From a virus: DNA of 64,000 nt. A model generated the notes under the pieces. That model was given only the letters and a program-made list of their open reading frames with translations. It was not told where the DNA came from and made no database searches. Shown here one piece after another: positions 47,277-57,308 of the stretch. The position numbers and the translations under genes were made by a program. Within the stretch, counting starts at the first letter, position 1. The number at the start of each line of letters is the position of its first letter. The stretch spans positions 1-64,000 of IMG/VR virus record IMGVR_UViG_3300032770_000007. One strand, 5' to 3'.

Positions 47277-47342
47277 AATACCTCCCGAAAATGAACGGTC
47301 TTTGAACACCTAAGTTCGGGAAGGACCGTGAGCCCATGTATT

Positions 47343-47420
47343 TGGAACCCCCGACAGGACTCGAACCTGCATGTATCTGGGTAGAAACCAGAGCCGTTAT
47401 TCCATTCCGGTCACGAGGGC
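47343..47420 (-). tRNA. tRNA-Arg(TCT)
   Basis: Loop TT-TCT-AC; body nearly identical to Arg(ACG). Confidence 0.88.
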
Positions 47421-47425
47421 AAATT

Positions 47426-47501
47426 TGGCTGCTTTGGTAGGACTCGCACCCACAACCTCCTGATTAACAGTCAGGGGCATCTACTTTGATACTACAAAGC
47501 A
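47426..47501 (-). tRNA. tRNA-Asn(GTT)
   Basis: Loop CT-GTT-AA, G73. Confidence 0.9.
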
Positions 47502-47503
47502 AT

Positions 47504-47578
47504 TGGTGCCTCATCTCAGACTTGCGCTGAGTTCTGCGGCTTACAAAACCGCTGCATCGCTATCTATGCTTATGAGGC
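47504..47578 (-). tRNA. tRNA-Thr(TGT)
   Basis: Loop TT-TGT-AA. Confidence 0.9.
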
Positions 47579-47582
47579 GAAA

Positions 47583-47992
47583 TAGTGCGGTAGCAATCCA
47601 TGGGGCACAACCACTTCTAACGCTACCGGAATCTGTGCCATCTACCATTATAACTAATAATCAACAATGTATAATCATAGACTGTGAGTTTCCTGCCTGA
47701 CTCGGACATTCGGCAAGTCATGGAGTTATTTCCACTTATACACGCGACTATGGGAAAAACATTTTTTTTCAAATCAACTGCTAGGAGATACATTTTTCCA
47801 ATAACCTCGGCAGTCAATGGTCTCCATGAAAAAAGGTAGAGACCAACCCCAAAATGCTTCTGTTTTCAGTGGAGCACTAATAGGCTTACCCACGTGGCTG
47901 GCACAACAGGTTGCTACCTCTGTTGTGAGTTCCATGCTGGCTTCCGGTTTCGGTTGATGTCCCTAGTGCGGTTGAACCAACATCCCAATCAA
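47583..47992 (-). ncRNA. Unassigned ~410-nt structured RNA heading the tRNA operon
   Basis: Consecutive hairpins, two loop-complementary pairings, no credible ORF, directly after an early promoter. Confidence 0.55.
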
Positions 47993-47999
47993 GAGACCT

Positions 48000-48028
48000 A
48001 TTATAGGTCTAATCATTCAAAAAGTAAA
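48000..48028 (-). promoter_or_regulatory. Early promoter TTTACT-N17-TATAAT for the ncRNA/tRNA operon (tandem N16 copy at 48064-48091)
   Basis: Same -35/-10 as the other copies. Confidence 0.7.
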
Positions 48029-48274
48029 GTATAATATTGTCTCCTTCAACTTCAAGAAGGCATATTATACGTCAAAAATCTACTAAGTAAAGCTTATTTA
48101 GCCCAACAATATCAATCAGTTATACAATATCAAAACAAGTTATTGATTTTCAATCAAATATAGTCTGCTGCTGTTTCGGCCATCTGGATTTTATGGCCTT
48201 GCGATAAGTTCAAAGTATCGCAACTCTTGAAAGCGAGAGGCACGCAGCAACTCCTTGGTGTTTATTTAGCTGGC

Positions 48275-48967
48275 TTAACATGGATTTTTGATAACAACAC
48301 AATCTTTGTAACCAGGAACATGACCAAATCCGCAATCACAACAAAATACTTCTCGAAGACAACCTTCCATTATTTTATTATGACTAAAGCCACACTGTGG
48401 ACAAAAACTTTCTTTCAACTGTTCAGATTTTTCATGAAACGGATTTCTTGCCTTAGATTTCGTAACAGTTTTTCTAGTGCGTCGTTTGATAGACGTGCTG
48501 CGCCTTTTGGACTTACGTGTATTTCGCTCCCTGACTTTGTTAACATAACGTTCCTCAAGTTTCTTGAAATTTGTTTGTATAATCTCTTTGAGAGGGATCT
48601 CATACCTATTAGCAAGCTTGACAATATAGTATAATACATCGCCCATTTCCTCTTTCAACTTTTCTTTGTCTAAAATGTTTTTCTTTGGATCTCTGGCATG
48701 CTTCTTTAGCAATTCAAGAACTTCACCACATTCACCAGCCAGACCCATGGCCATGATATAATCATTTCTCCAGGACTTCCTACTATACTTTCCATATCCC
48801 CAGATATGTTCTACCCAGGCACTGAAAGCCTTTAGAAATGCTTCATCGCTATAGTTCAAATAACTATGAAAGGATACCCTAAGTTTGATATCTTCAATAT
48901 CCTGCATCAGATAACCCTCAATGAAACCAATACTATTGTCAGGAAGCCCATCAATACCAAAATCCAA
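48275..48967 (-). CDS. MazG-like nucleotide pyrophosphohydrolase
   Basis: MGLAGECGEVLE..KK..RD, EEMGDVLYY, N..KL..RY. Confidence 0.85.
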   Translation of the reverse strand: MDFGIDGLPDNSIGFIEGYLMQDIEDIKLRVSFHSYLNYSDEAFLKAFSAWVEHIWGYGKYSRKSWRNDYIMAMGLAGECGEVLELLKKHARDPKKNILDKEKLKEEMGDVLYYIVKLANRYEIPLKEIIQTNFKKLEERYVNKVRERNTRKSKRRSTSIKRRTRKTVTKSKARNPFHEKSEQLKESFCPQCGFSHNKIMEGCLREVFCCDCGFGHVPGYKDCVVIKNPC

Positions 48968-48986
48968 CCCACTCTTACAAATTTAA

Positions 48987-49256
48987 TCACTTTATTTCCT
49001 TCATTTGTTTAGCAATATCAGCATAGGCTACAGGCATTCTTGGAATGGTATAACCTTCTGTTTCAATCCAAAGTTTGGCACCACAAGAAAGAGGATTGTC
49101 TGGTTGATAGACCAAAGAACAAGGACCAACCATGTCTATGGCCATGCAATAGATTACTTCCTTCGTTTCTGTATCTTCTATACGGATAGGAGGAAGCTTG
49201 TTACCATATTTCTTGTTATGACGGATGACCTGTTGATTAACGTGTATTCTTTTCAT
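48987..49256 (-). CDS. Conserved T4-like phage hypothetical protein
   Basis: MKRIHVNQ..IR.N.K, GP..LVY.PD.PLSCGA..WIET. Confidence 0.65.
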   Translation of the reverse strand: MKRIHVNQQVIRHNKKYGNKLPPIRIEDTETKEVIYCMAIDMVGPCSLVYQPDNPLSCGAKLWIETEGYTIPRMPVAYADIAKQMKEIK

Positions 49257-50971
49257 GCTTATAATAGTCTGGTAATATAAGTTGTTTCATTTCATTAGAC
49301 CAGTTCTTGGTCATCATATAATAAGCTTCCATTTCCTTCTTGGAAGGGACTTGGTCTTTCTTCTTGAATGGTATCACATTAGCCATGATAGTTCTTCCAT
49401 TTTTTTGGAATATCCTCACACATCATATAAATCATACCAACCACCAAAGGTAGAGCCAATAAGGACCAAAGATTGATACGTGCTGCCAAAATCAACAAAC
49501 CTATTGCTGATAAACCCCACCATATAGTGAATATTATATCTAAAAGCCAAAACTCCCAAGCACTCTTTTTCATAACTATACCTTTTCTATAAAACCTTTT
49601 CTATAAACTCTACCTGTGCCCAAGGCACCAAATCTGATTTGTAAACAGTCAATGCACGAAGTTCTACATACCCACCAGTGATGGCCATGATCTTGCGTTC
49701 ACCAGTAATCACTCCCATGCGAACTTTCCAAACCTCTCCAACTTTAATAGATTGATCAGTCATTATCTTGCTCCAATTCGCGTGCTTCTGTACGTGCTTC
49801 ATCCCGTTCGCGCTTCTCCGGTCCGGCGAGAGCGGCGCGCGCAATGTCGATAGCGTTCTGGATATTAGCCATCAAACGATCTTTGGTTGCGATACTGCCG
49901 CATTGATTGAGCTTCGCGCCGATCTGCTCCAGCGCTGCGCGCAAGTGCTCATTTTCCTTTGCCAAATCAGCAACGATAGTCATCATTTTGTGTTTTGAAT
50001 CTTTCTTTGTTTCTACCTCGCGTTCCAAGCGGTCTATATCATGACATGCAGCATCCCAATTAGCACGCATATTCTTACAATCTGATTCAAGAGAAGCAAT
50101 CTTCCTATCCTGTATCTCAATTACACTAGCAGCCTGATCAACCTCTTCATCAGTAGTAAAACTACTACAAGGACAAGTAGGACCACACCTACAACCTTCT
50201 GGACGACTACAACCACCAGAATAACAACCACAACGGCATTCACCGCGTAGACGTTCAATCAATTCATCATTTGTACTCATCGTGTAAACCACCAAATAAG
50301 TAATGCGACTGCTCCTGCACTATAAGCAAGAGCAACACCACGAACATATCCGCGCCAAAAAGGAGTTAGTCGTTTCACTTTAAATTCTCTGTATAGAATG
50401 AAAGTAAATAAACAATACCTTCACCAGATACTTTATAAAAGATTTGGAGTCTGCATCCTCATGGATACTTACAACTTTAACTTTCTTTCCATTGACTTTG
50501 CGATCCTTAGACGCAATCTCCAAAACCTGACCAACTGTAAAGGTATTCATTAGTCCTCTGGAATCAGTTCAAGCACATCACTACGAACCCAGATTGTTTC
50601 ACCAAGCAAAGAACGACGAACACCCACAAACTTTTCGCCATCAACATATTTAACCTGGTTCTTGGAAATGATATATTCCAAACCATTCAATTTGTTTCGA
50701 TAGCGTCTAATACTAGCAGCTGCTGATTTCATATTTTGTTCTTCCAACCAAAGTATATCTTGATCAGTAAAATCTATAGTAAATTTCTTGAATTTTTTAT
50801 TCATCAAATCCTTCATTTGGATTCCAACGCCATTTTTCCTTCTTGCCTACCTTATGAATCCTCTTTCCACCATCACCAGCATGGCGATCATTCTTTCTTT
50901 TCTTCTTGCGCTTTTCCTTCTGTTCAAAATGATCACTGATAAAACCTTCTGGATCTTTATCTTCTACTTCA

Positions 50972-51472
50972 TCAATCATGGCGTTCATGATCCTTCCAAT
51001 GCTCCTTAAATCGTTCTATTAAATGTTGTTGACGACCAAATGCTTCAATCTCTTCTGGACTTTCATAGTATCCATCAGAGTCCCCAGGTTTGGGTTCTTC
51101 AAATATTTCGCCTTTGTAACAATAACGTGTATCATCAATCTCAACCAACTCACCAGATAAATATTGTTTGACATGGACCAATTCATGAAAAAGATATTCT
51201 AATATAAGTTGCGTTCTTTTTAACTGGTTTTTTACTTCTGGTTTAAAAAATTCTTTGTTCACCCAAATATAGCATCTTTTTCTTTTACCAGTACCATCAT
51301 AATGACATGTTCCAGCATTGTCCTTGTCTTCTTCAGATGGCATGCTAAAATTGATTATAATAGAACAATTTTTCTTATATAGATCATCCAACAGATAATC
51401 TAAAGTGAATTTGGTAGCATAACGTATCAGTGTCCTATCACTTTTAGAGAAGTGCCCACGTATGAGGATCAT
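50972..51472 (-). CDS. Zinc metallopeptidase-like protein
   Basis: HELVHVKQY, Y...P.EIEA. Confidence 0.75.
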   Translation of the reverse strand: MILIRGHFSKSDRTLIRYATKFTLDYLLDDLYKKNCSIIINFSMPSEEDKDNAGTCHYDGTGKRKRCYIWVNKEFFKPEVKNQLKRTQLILEYLFHELVHVKQYLSGELVEIDDTRYCYKGEIFEEPKPGDSDGYYESPEEIEAFGRQQHLIERFKEHWKDHERHD

Positions 51473-52023
51473 GTGCCATAAAGCCTCCTAACTGGATGCA
51501 TTATTTAGCACAACACCATATTTTAGACAGCATTCTCCTCATTCCATGACTTAATAACATCACTCCAAAGCCAACGCATGAAGAGAACTCCAAGACCAAA
51601 TCCACCAAGAAGACCAAGCAAAAACATATTAAACATCATAAAGTTACCTTGAATTCTCTGTTTTAGGTTGCCAAATCAATTCACCATTCTGATCTTTCAA
51701 CTCATCCCAAGAAGTCTTGTGATTGAGTGGACGATCATTATAGTAGATACTTTGATATGCAAATGGATCATTTTCTTCAGCTGAATAGAAATCTTCATCA
51801 GCTGTTGGTTCTATTTTCTGTAACCAGGCTACAGGACAGGCACCCAATGTTCCATCAATATCAACTTCAACAAAAAGTATATTCTTATGCACACCATGAA
51901 TACCAAAATCTAGCTGGCCTGTTTCAATGCCTGACTTCACTATGGCTATAACACCATACAACTTTTGTGCTGATGTCTTACAATACCACTCAGGTGGCAC
52001 ATAGTAACAAAGGTCTCCTTTCT

Positions 52024-53004
52024 TTAACATTTGTCTACCTTCAAAAGGATTGTATGTTTATTTATTCTACCACTAGTCTTGGTAGGCTTTGTGCTCAAAG
52101 CATCAACAATCTTTCTGGCCTGACGGGATGTCATGTCCAGGACCTTGGGCAATACTTCCAAAGGTTTCCTGAGCATTTTGGTTGTAGAGGTAGAGGTATC
52201 AAAGTTCTGAATAGTAGTACTCTTGACTGTCAGTCCTTCACCTTCCCTAGCCATATAATGCGTCAGGTATCTGTACTGTGTATTGAATGTCCACAAACTC
52301 TTAGCACCAATCAAGGAAGTAGGATCAATGGACTCAACCTTGAACTGGTCTGACTTCTTCATGTAGTTCAAGGCACCCACAACTTTCTCAGGCTTGAGTA
52401 CCTTTTGCTTCCTGGGTGCACGGATAGCATTCTTGTTTTTACGAATGCGCTCCAGGTCAGTCAGTACCTGTTCATATACCTCTGGCTTTTCCAACTGTGT
52501 TTGGATAAGCTTGATTTCCTCAACCATGTAACCTACATGGAGAGGCTTTACACCAAGACTATTAGCAAACTCATACCAGTTAGCATCACCAGCCGTGTTA
52601 GCATCCATGCGACTTTCAATCGCACCAACATAGTCCAAAGCTTTGGCTTTGGTAGCAGCCTGGATGTCAAACTTTGGCTTCTCTGCTTGCTTTACTTCAA
52701 GCTTGGCTGTATGCTCCTTGAACAGTGACTTCATCTCAAGATAAGTCTTCTGTTCCTTTTCTGGAAATAGGAAGCCTCGACTGAGCAATCGCTCAGCCCA
52801 GGCTAGTGTCTGGAACCGCGTAGCAGTCACGACATCGGTATCCAGATATTCTGATGCCTTCTTGTCTGAAGCATTATCATTGTACCAACGGAAGGCCTGT
52901 ATAAGACCTGCTGTAGTCAAAGTTGTCGGTGTGTTGGCTAGTGGCTCAGATAGAAAAGGAGGTGTGGGTAGTTCCAACGCATATGAACGTGCCATTTTAG
53001 ACAA
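52024..53004 (-). CDS. Conserved T4-like phage hypothetical protein
   Basis: SIDP...IGA..LW.FNT.YR.L..Y, K.LRKP...L, GRIN...ILLKV. Confidence 0.7.
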   Translation of the reverse strand: MSKMARSYALELPTPPFLSEPLANTPTTLTTAGLIQAFRWYNDNASDKKASEYLDTDVVTATRFQTLAWAERLLSRGFLFPEKEQKTYLEMKSLFKEHTAKLEVKQAEKPKFDIQAATKAKALDYVGAIESRMDANTAGDANWYEFANSLGVKPLHVGYMVEEIKLIQTQLEKPEVYEQVLTDLERIRKNKNAIRAPRKQKVLKPEKVVGALNYMKKSDQFKVESIDPTSLIGAKSLWTFNTQYRYLTHYMAREGEGLTVKSTTIQNFDTSTSTTKMLRKPLEVLPKVLDMTSRQARKIVDALSTKPTKTSGRINKHTILLKVDKC

Positions 53005-53478
53005 TCTCCGTCTCGCGCTCTTCTATGGTGATCGTATCACCCAACTCAAGTTCAATAGTTGACCAAAGTGCTGGCAGGCAATCATGACCAAAGCCTGCTG
53101 GTGACTTCCGTAATGAGATCCGATCTAACTCACAACCAAGGCTATTTCGTAAAACAGCCTCACGGATGGTCCTGAACTCACTCATCGTACTTCTCCTGGC
53201 GGACGAGGAGAGACCAACGCACGCCTATTTCGACACCAGTCGCAACCACCATCACTTTCTGGGTCAGAAGTGTCATCAGAGGTGCAATCCGGACACAGAG
53301 CTTCTTGCAGTGCCGCGCGCAGCTGGTCGCGCTCCTCCCAAAGCTTCTCGATGGCTTCGCGTGCCTCGGTGCTCAATTCATCTGGCGTGTCATCCTCATT
53401 GAAGACTTCGGCCAGTCGGTTACACAACCCATGTAAATCACGTTTAGTGTTCATGGTTATCTCCTACTTGAGGTAATC

Positions 53479-53507
53479 ATTATACTCTTACAGAGACAGG
53501 AAGTAAA
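53479..53507 (-). promoter_or_regulatory. Early promoter TTTACT-N17-TATAAT
   Basis: Conserved repeat. Confidence 0.8.
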
Positions 53508-53531
53508 GCACTATAACTTGTGTAATATCAA

Positions 53532-53810
53532 TCAGTTGTGATCTACTTGAATTTCGAGTTCAGTCTTTCTTCTTGGACTGGTATGAATGATAACGTCCTT
53601 GACTCTATCTACCCTGAATGATCTCCAGTCTTCCTTATCCAAATCCCACACACTTATTTTTTCTCTGTTGGTACTGACAATGTCTTCAAACATTTCATAG
53701 AGAGTACAATTCATTACTCTTTCCTCACCATTCATTTTGGTAAAGGTCACGGTAACTTCGGGATAGGCATGAAGAATATTCATCAAACTATCATAATCAA
53801 ACTCACTCAT
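53532..53810 (-). CDS. WYL-like / SH3-fold protein (DUF2693-like)
   Basis: VTFTK.NGEERVM.CTL, VWDLDK..WRSFR.DRV. Confidence 0.75.
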   Translation of the reverse strand: MSEFDYDSLMNILHAYPEVTVTFTKMNGEERVMNCTLYEMFEDIVSTNREKISVWDLDKEDWRSFRVDRVKDVIIHTSPRRKTELEIQVDHN

Positions 53811-54461
53811 ACCTCTTCAACCTCATCCCAAGATTTGAAAGCACAAGAAAGACGAAAGTCCTCTATATCATCCTTCTCTGGTTGCTCATAAAACTCTAAA
53901 ACTCCGGCATCATTTACTTCCATGTGATTAGCCTTGAGTCTCTTCTTTGTTTTCTTGATAGTAACTTCATATGTTTTCATAATGATTCACTCACAATATT
54001 GTTTGCTTTGACTGCACTAAAAATCAAACAACCTGCATTATAACGCATTTCTCGATGCTTTCTATCTGAAATCAACTTATCTTTCTTCTCTTTTAGAAGT
54101 TTGAAATACTCTAATGCTTTATGTGGAAATCTTTCAGCAGTCATGTAATAGATTTCAATATCCTGACACACCAAAGCAGCCACCTGCCTATATTGATCTG
54201 GATCATTATCCTGAATATCATCACTCATGATTTTCACTAATCCCCTTCAGACCAAATTTAATGATTTCAATAAGTCCCTGACGATTCAACACAACTGGTC
54301 TAGAAGTATCTGTCAGCTGATCTCTGAAGATAAAGGTCAAACCACCACCGGTGTTCAAGTTGATATCTACCAACTCTTCCTTTGGATTATCAAAATACAA
54401 ATTCAAAGCATCCTTGGCTCTTTCATGACCAATGGAACACTGATATACAACTTTCTTTTCT

Positions 54462-55424
54462 TTAGCCATTCAATCTACTCCTAAAATAATGAACTGTCTT
54501 CTCTAAGCCTTCATCCAAAGAAACTTTTGGTGACCAGCCTAACTCATTGATTGCTGATATGTCTGGACGACGACGTTCTGGATCATCTTCAGGCAATGGC
54601 TGATATACTATATTACTGGTAGATTTTGTAATAGTCAATATTTTCTCTGCCAATTCATTCATGGTTATCTCTTGTGGATTACCCAGATTGACTGGCGTCT
54701 TGGTATTACTAATCATCAAAGTCAAAATAGCCTGTATCAAATCATCAATATAACACATAGAACGTGTTTGATTTCCAGAACCACAGATAGTCAATGACTC
54801 TCCTCTAAGTGCCTGTACTATTAGATTACTTACTACCCGACCATCATTTATGGCCATGTTGGGTCCATAGGTATTGAAAATCCTACCTATGCGAATATCA
54901 ACCATGTCCTTGAAAATATAGCAAAGAGTTTCTCCTACTCGTTTACCTTCATCATAACAGGCTCTAGGACCATAGGGATTGACATTGCCCCAATAAGATT
55001 CAGGTTGTGGATGCACACTCGGATTGCCATATACTTCAGAAGTAGATGCCTGAAAATATCTTGCTCTGGTTATAGAGGCTATTTCCAAAGCATTAGTTGT
55101 GCCCTGAGTACAGGTCAATACCGTGCCATAAGGATCACTCTGGTAATGTACCGGAGAGGCTGGACAGGCAAGATTGAACACTACATTGATATGATCTTCT
55201 TTATACTGGCCATATTTCTCAAGAAAATATTGATCTGTAATGTCTATTTTATGAAACTTCAATCTTTCATTATAATGCTGGTCCCAAATATCTTCAATAT
55301 TTGATAGACTGCCTGTCTGGAGATTATCAACTATTTCTATCTCATTATACTGAGAACTATTAATCAAATATTTACTTAGATTAGAACCAATGAAACCACA
55401 TCCACCCAAAATCAAATAACGCAT
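54462..55424 (-). CDS. UDP-glucuronate decarboxylase-like NAD-dependent epimerase/dehydratase
   Basis: GGCGFIG, LACPASP.HYQ, STSEVYG, RACYDEGKR, RIFNTYGP, DDP..R.PDI. Confidence 0.9.
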   Translation of the reverse strand: MRYLILGGCGFIGSNLSKYLINSSQYNEIEIVDNLQTGSLSNIEDIWDQHYNERLKFHKIDITDQYFLEKYGQYKEDHINVVFNLACPASPVHYQSDPYGTVLTCTQGTTNALEIASITRARYFQASTSEVYGNPSVHPQPESYWGNVNPYGPRACYDEGKRVGETLCYIFKDMVDIRIGRIFNTYGPNMAINDGRVVSNLIVQALRGESLTICGSGNQTRSMCYIDDLIQAILTLMISNTKTPVNLGNPQEITMNELAEKILTITKSTSNIVYQPLPEDDPERRRPDISAINELGWSPKVSLDEGLEKTVHYFRSRLNG

Positions 55425-55433
55425 TATATAACC

Positions 55434-55868
55434 TCAAGTATATTGAAACTCAAATGCTCCCTTATCAAACTTTAGCTGATCATCAATAAGAGTAACCTTC
55501 AAACTCTTCAACATGTCTAGAATGATTTGAAATCCTGAAAGAGATTTCTTAATAACAATGCCTTGACTACCAGAAGAAATTTGATTTTTCACAAAGGTCA
55601 AAGGATCACCAAGGTAAGTCTGAAAATAAACAATGTTCCAAACTTCCTTTTCATTCTCTAACTCACTCTCAAACAATACAACCAACCAGCGATCCATGTC
55701 CAGTTCTTCATTGTGTTCATATTTATGGCCATCCCCGAGATGGATAAAATGATACTTATAGACATTCGTCTCAGGCTTGATATCCTTTTTGAAATAGATA
55801 CCATCAACTGTCTTGCCATTGAAAATGTCTGAAACTTTCACAGAAGTTGCAAATTTAATAGTATCCAT
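55434..55868 (-). CDS. Hypothetical protein
   Basis: ORF after late-type CATAAATA promoter and GAGGT SD. Confidence 0.55.
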   Translation of the reverse strand: MDTIKFATSVKVSDIFNGKTVDGIYFKKDIKPETNVYKYHFIHLGDGHKYEHNEELDMDRWLVVLFESELENEKEVWNIVYFQTYLGDPLTFVKNQISSGSQGIVIKKSLSGFQIILDMLKSLKVTLIDDQLKFDKGAFEFQYT

Positions 55869-55929
55869 AGATCCGTGATACCTCTTTCTGCTCTTTGGTA
55901 TTTATGGTCACTGTCATTATAGTTTGCGG

Positions 55930-56234
55930 ATGGAATGGTCTGTCTAAGACTGCCCCTCGGTTGTAAATCCGATTATACAGTCTTAGACAGTATTGCAGTA
56001 TTTGCGGCCGGTGCCATAGATCTGCTATTTGGTTCAGGACAACCTGAGAAATTCATCTCAGGATATTCACTCATTTGCTTCTTGTGGGCATTCAATGAGT
56101 AAATAACTTTCTCACTCGGTTCAGGTTTTATTGTCCTGTCTGCCCCACTTGTAGTGTCCGTGAGGGCTCACTAATGACTACCAACCAAATAGCAGTCTTA
56201 GTCTCTGGTTTTTGCAGAGGATCTCTTATTCCAT
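55930..56234. ncRNA. Unassigned ~300-nt multibranch structured element
   Basis: Two perfect 13-bp stems and nested 7-12-bp stems in a 530-bp intergenic gap. Confidence 0.6.
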
Positions 56235-56401
56235 GAATATTTCAATGCCAGTAGGCATGTTTTGTAATATTATGTATTCTTGTATGTCGTGTAATAGTTG
56301 TGTGTATAAGTATTCGCATTTGTCACAACATTCCCAGGGAGGGCAATGGCATTCCATGGCTCTCTCGCCAACGGATATGCTCTCTATGAGATTATTGTTT
56401 G

Positions 56402-56971
56402 TCATATATGGGATTGTGTATATTGTCCGTATTTTGCTATGAAATAACTGTCTATAATGTCTGAAATAGGACTAGATATTTTGGTTCTCTTAGGGTAGAA
56501 TATTTTATTAATATCTGGATTGTTTTGTTTAAGAAATGCATCATACATCATTTGTTTGTCTGCATTGCCTTTGTCAGTTGCAAACTTTTTGATTACAGTA
56601 GGAGGGATGGTATTCAATAGCCAGCCTTTTTGATGTACCTTATGTTTGAATAGACCAGTGGCCTCTGCGATATTGAAGACTCTACCCTTGGAACCTAAAG
56701 AGTAATCTTCTAGATAGATAGTTGGTTTGGTATTTGGTTCATAATGATAAGAATAATCTGTAATGAATTGTATCAAAGTATTACTAATATTATCATAGCG
56801 TTCTTCTGCAGATTTGTATAAGAGATGCCTTGAAGGTCTTATCCAGGTATCTGACATAAAATCAAATGGAGTTGATGAATCAGCAATAAATTTGAAATGA
56901 GATAGTTTGAAAGTGTCTCTTAGTACACAAATACAAGGACAGGTGATGCTGAAATCAACTCCAATTATCAT
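56402..56971 (-). CDS. RuvC-like Holliday junction resolvase
   Basis: MIIGVDFSITCP, YLEDYS.GS.G.VF.IAE..G, PT.IKKFAT.KGNADK, DIIDSY. Confidence 0.85.
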   Translation of the reverse strand: MIIGVDFSITCPCICVLRDTFKLSHFKFIADSSTPFDFMSDTWIRPSRHLLYKSAEERYDNISNTLIQFITDYSYHYEPNTKPTIYLEDYSLGSKGRVFNIAEATGLFKHKVHQKGWLLNTIPPTVIKKFATDKGNADKQMMYDAFLKQNNPDINKIFYPKRTKISSPISDIIDSYFIAKYGQYTQSHI

Positions 56972-57146
56972 TAGTTTCACTTGCCTCATCGTCATCACTT
57001 TCTAATAGATCGCCATCATCCTCATCAATAACTTCTCCACAGAAAGGGCAATAGGATGGGGTCATTTTAGTGTTTTCCTCTGAGAACTTGATTGTGAAAT
57101 CTACATCACAAGGAAAACAAAATAATATCACAGATTTCTTACTCAT
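56955..57146 (-). CDS. Small zinc-ribbon protein with acidic tail
   Basis: CFPC...YCPFCG; start probably ATG 57146. Confidence 0.6.
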   Translation of the reverse strand: MSKKSVILFCFPCDVDFTIKFSEENTKMTPSYCPFCGEVIDEDDGDLLESDDDEASETNDNWS

Positions 57147-57308
57147 AACTCTTTTTGCCTCTACGTCCAGTTCGTTTAAATGTCCAACCACTTGGTGGTT
57201 TACGATGAAGGTTTTGCCAAGTTGCGGCACAACTTTTATTACAAAATATATTGATACGATTATGTGCGGTATTTGGCTTAATCTCTTCTTTACCACATTG
57301 TTTACATA

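Noticed and set aside
43003-47817. ORF-track ORFs in the RNA region (43003, 44739, 45018, 45067, 45083, 45393, 46529, 47503, 47623)
   Set aside because: They overlap tRNA or ncRNA genes, lack RBSs and look like shadow ORFs.
55930-56234. Cobalamin riboswitch (CTGCCCC..TTGTA, near class II RNR)
   Set aside because: No GGGAA partner or B12-box found, and the element is downstream of nrdJ, not in its leader.
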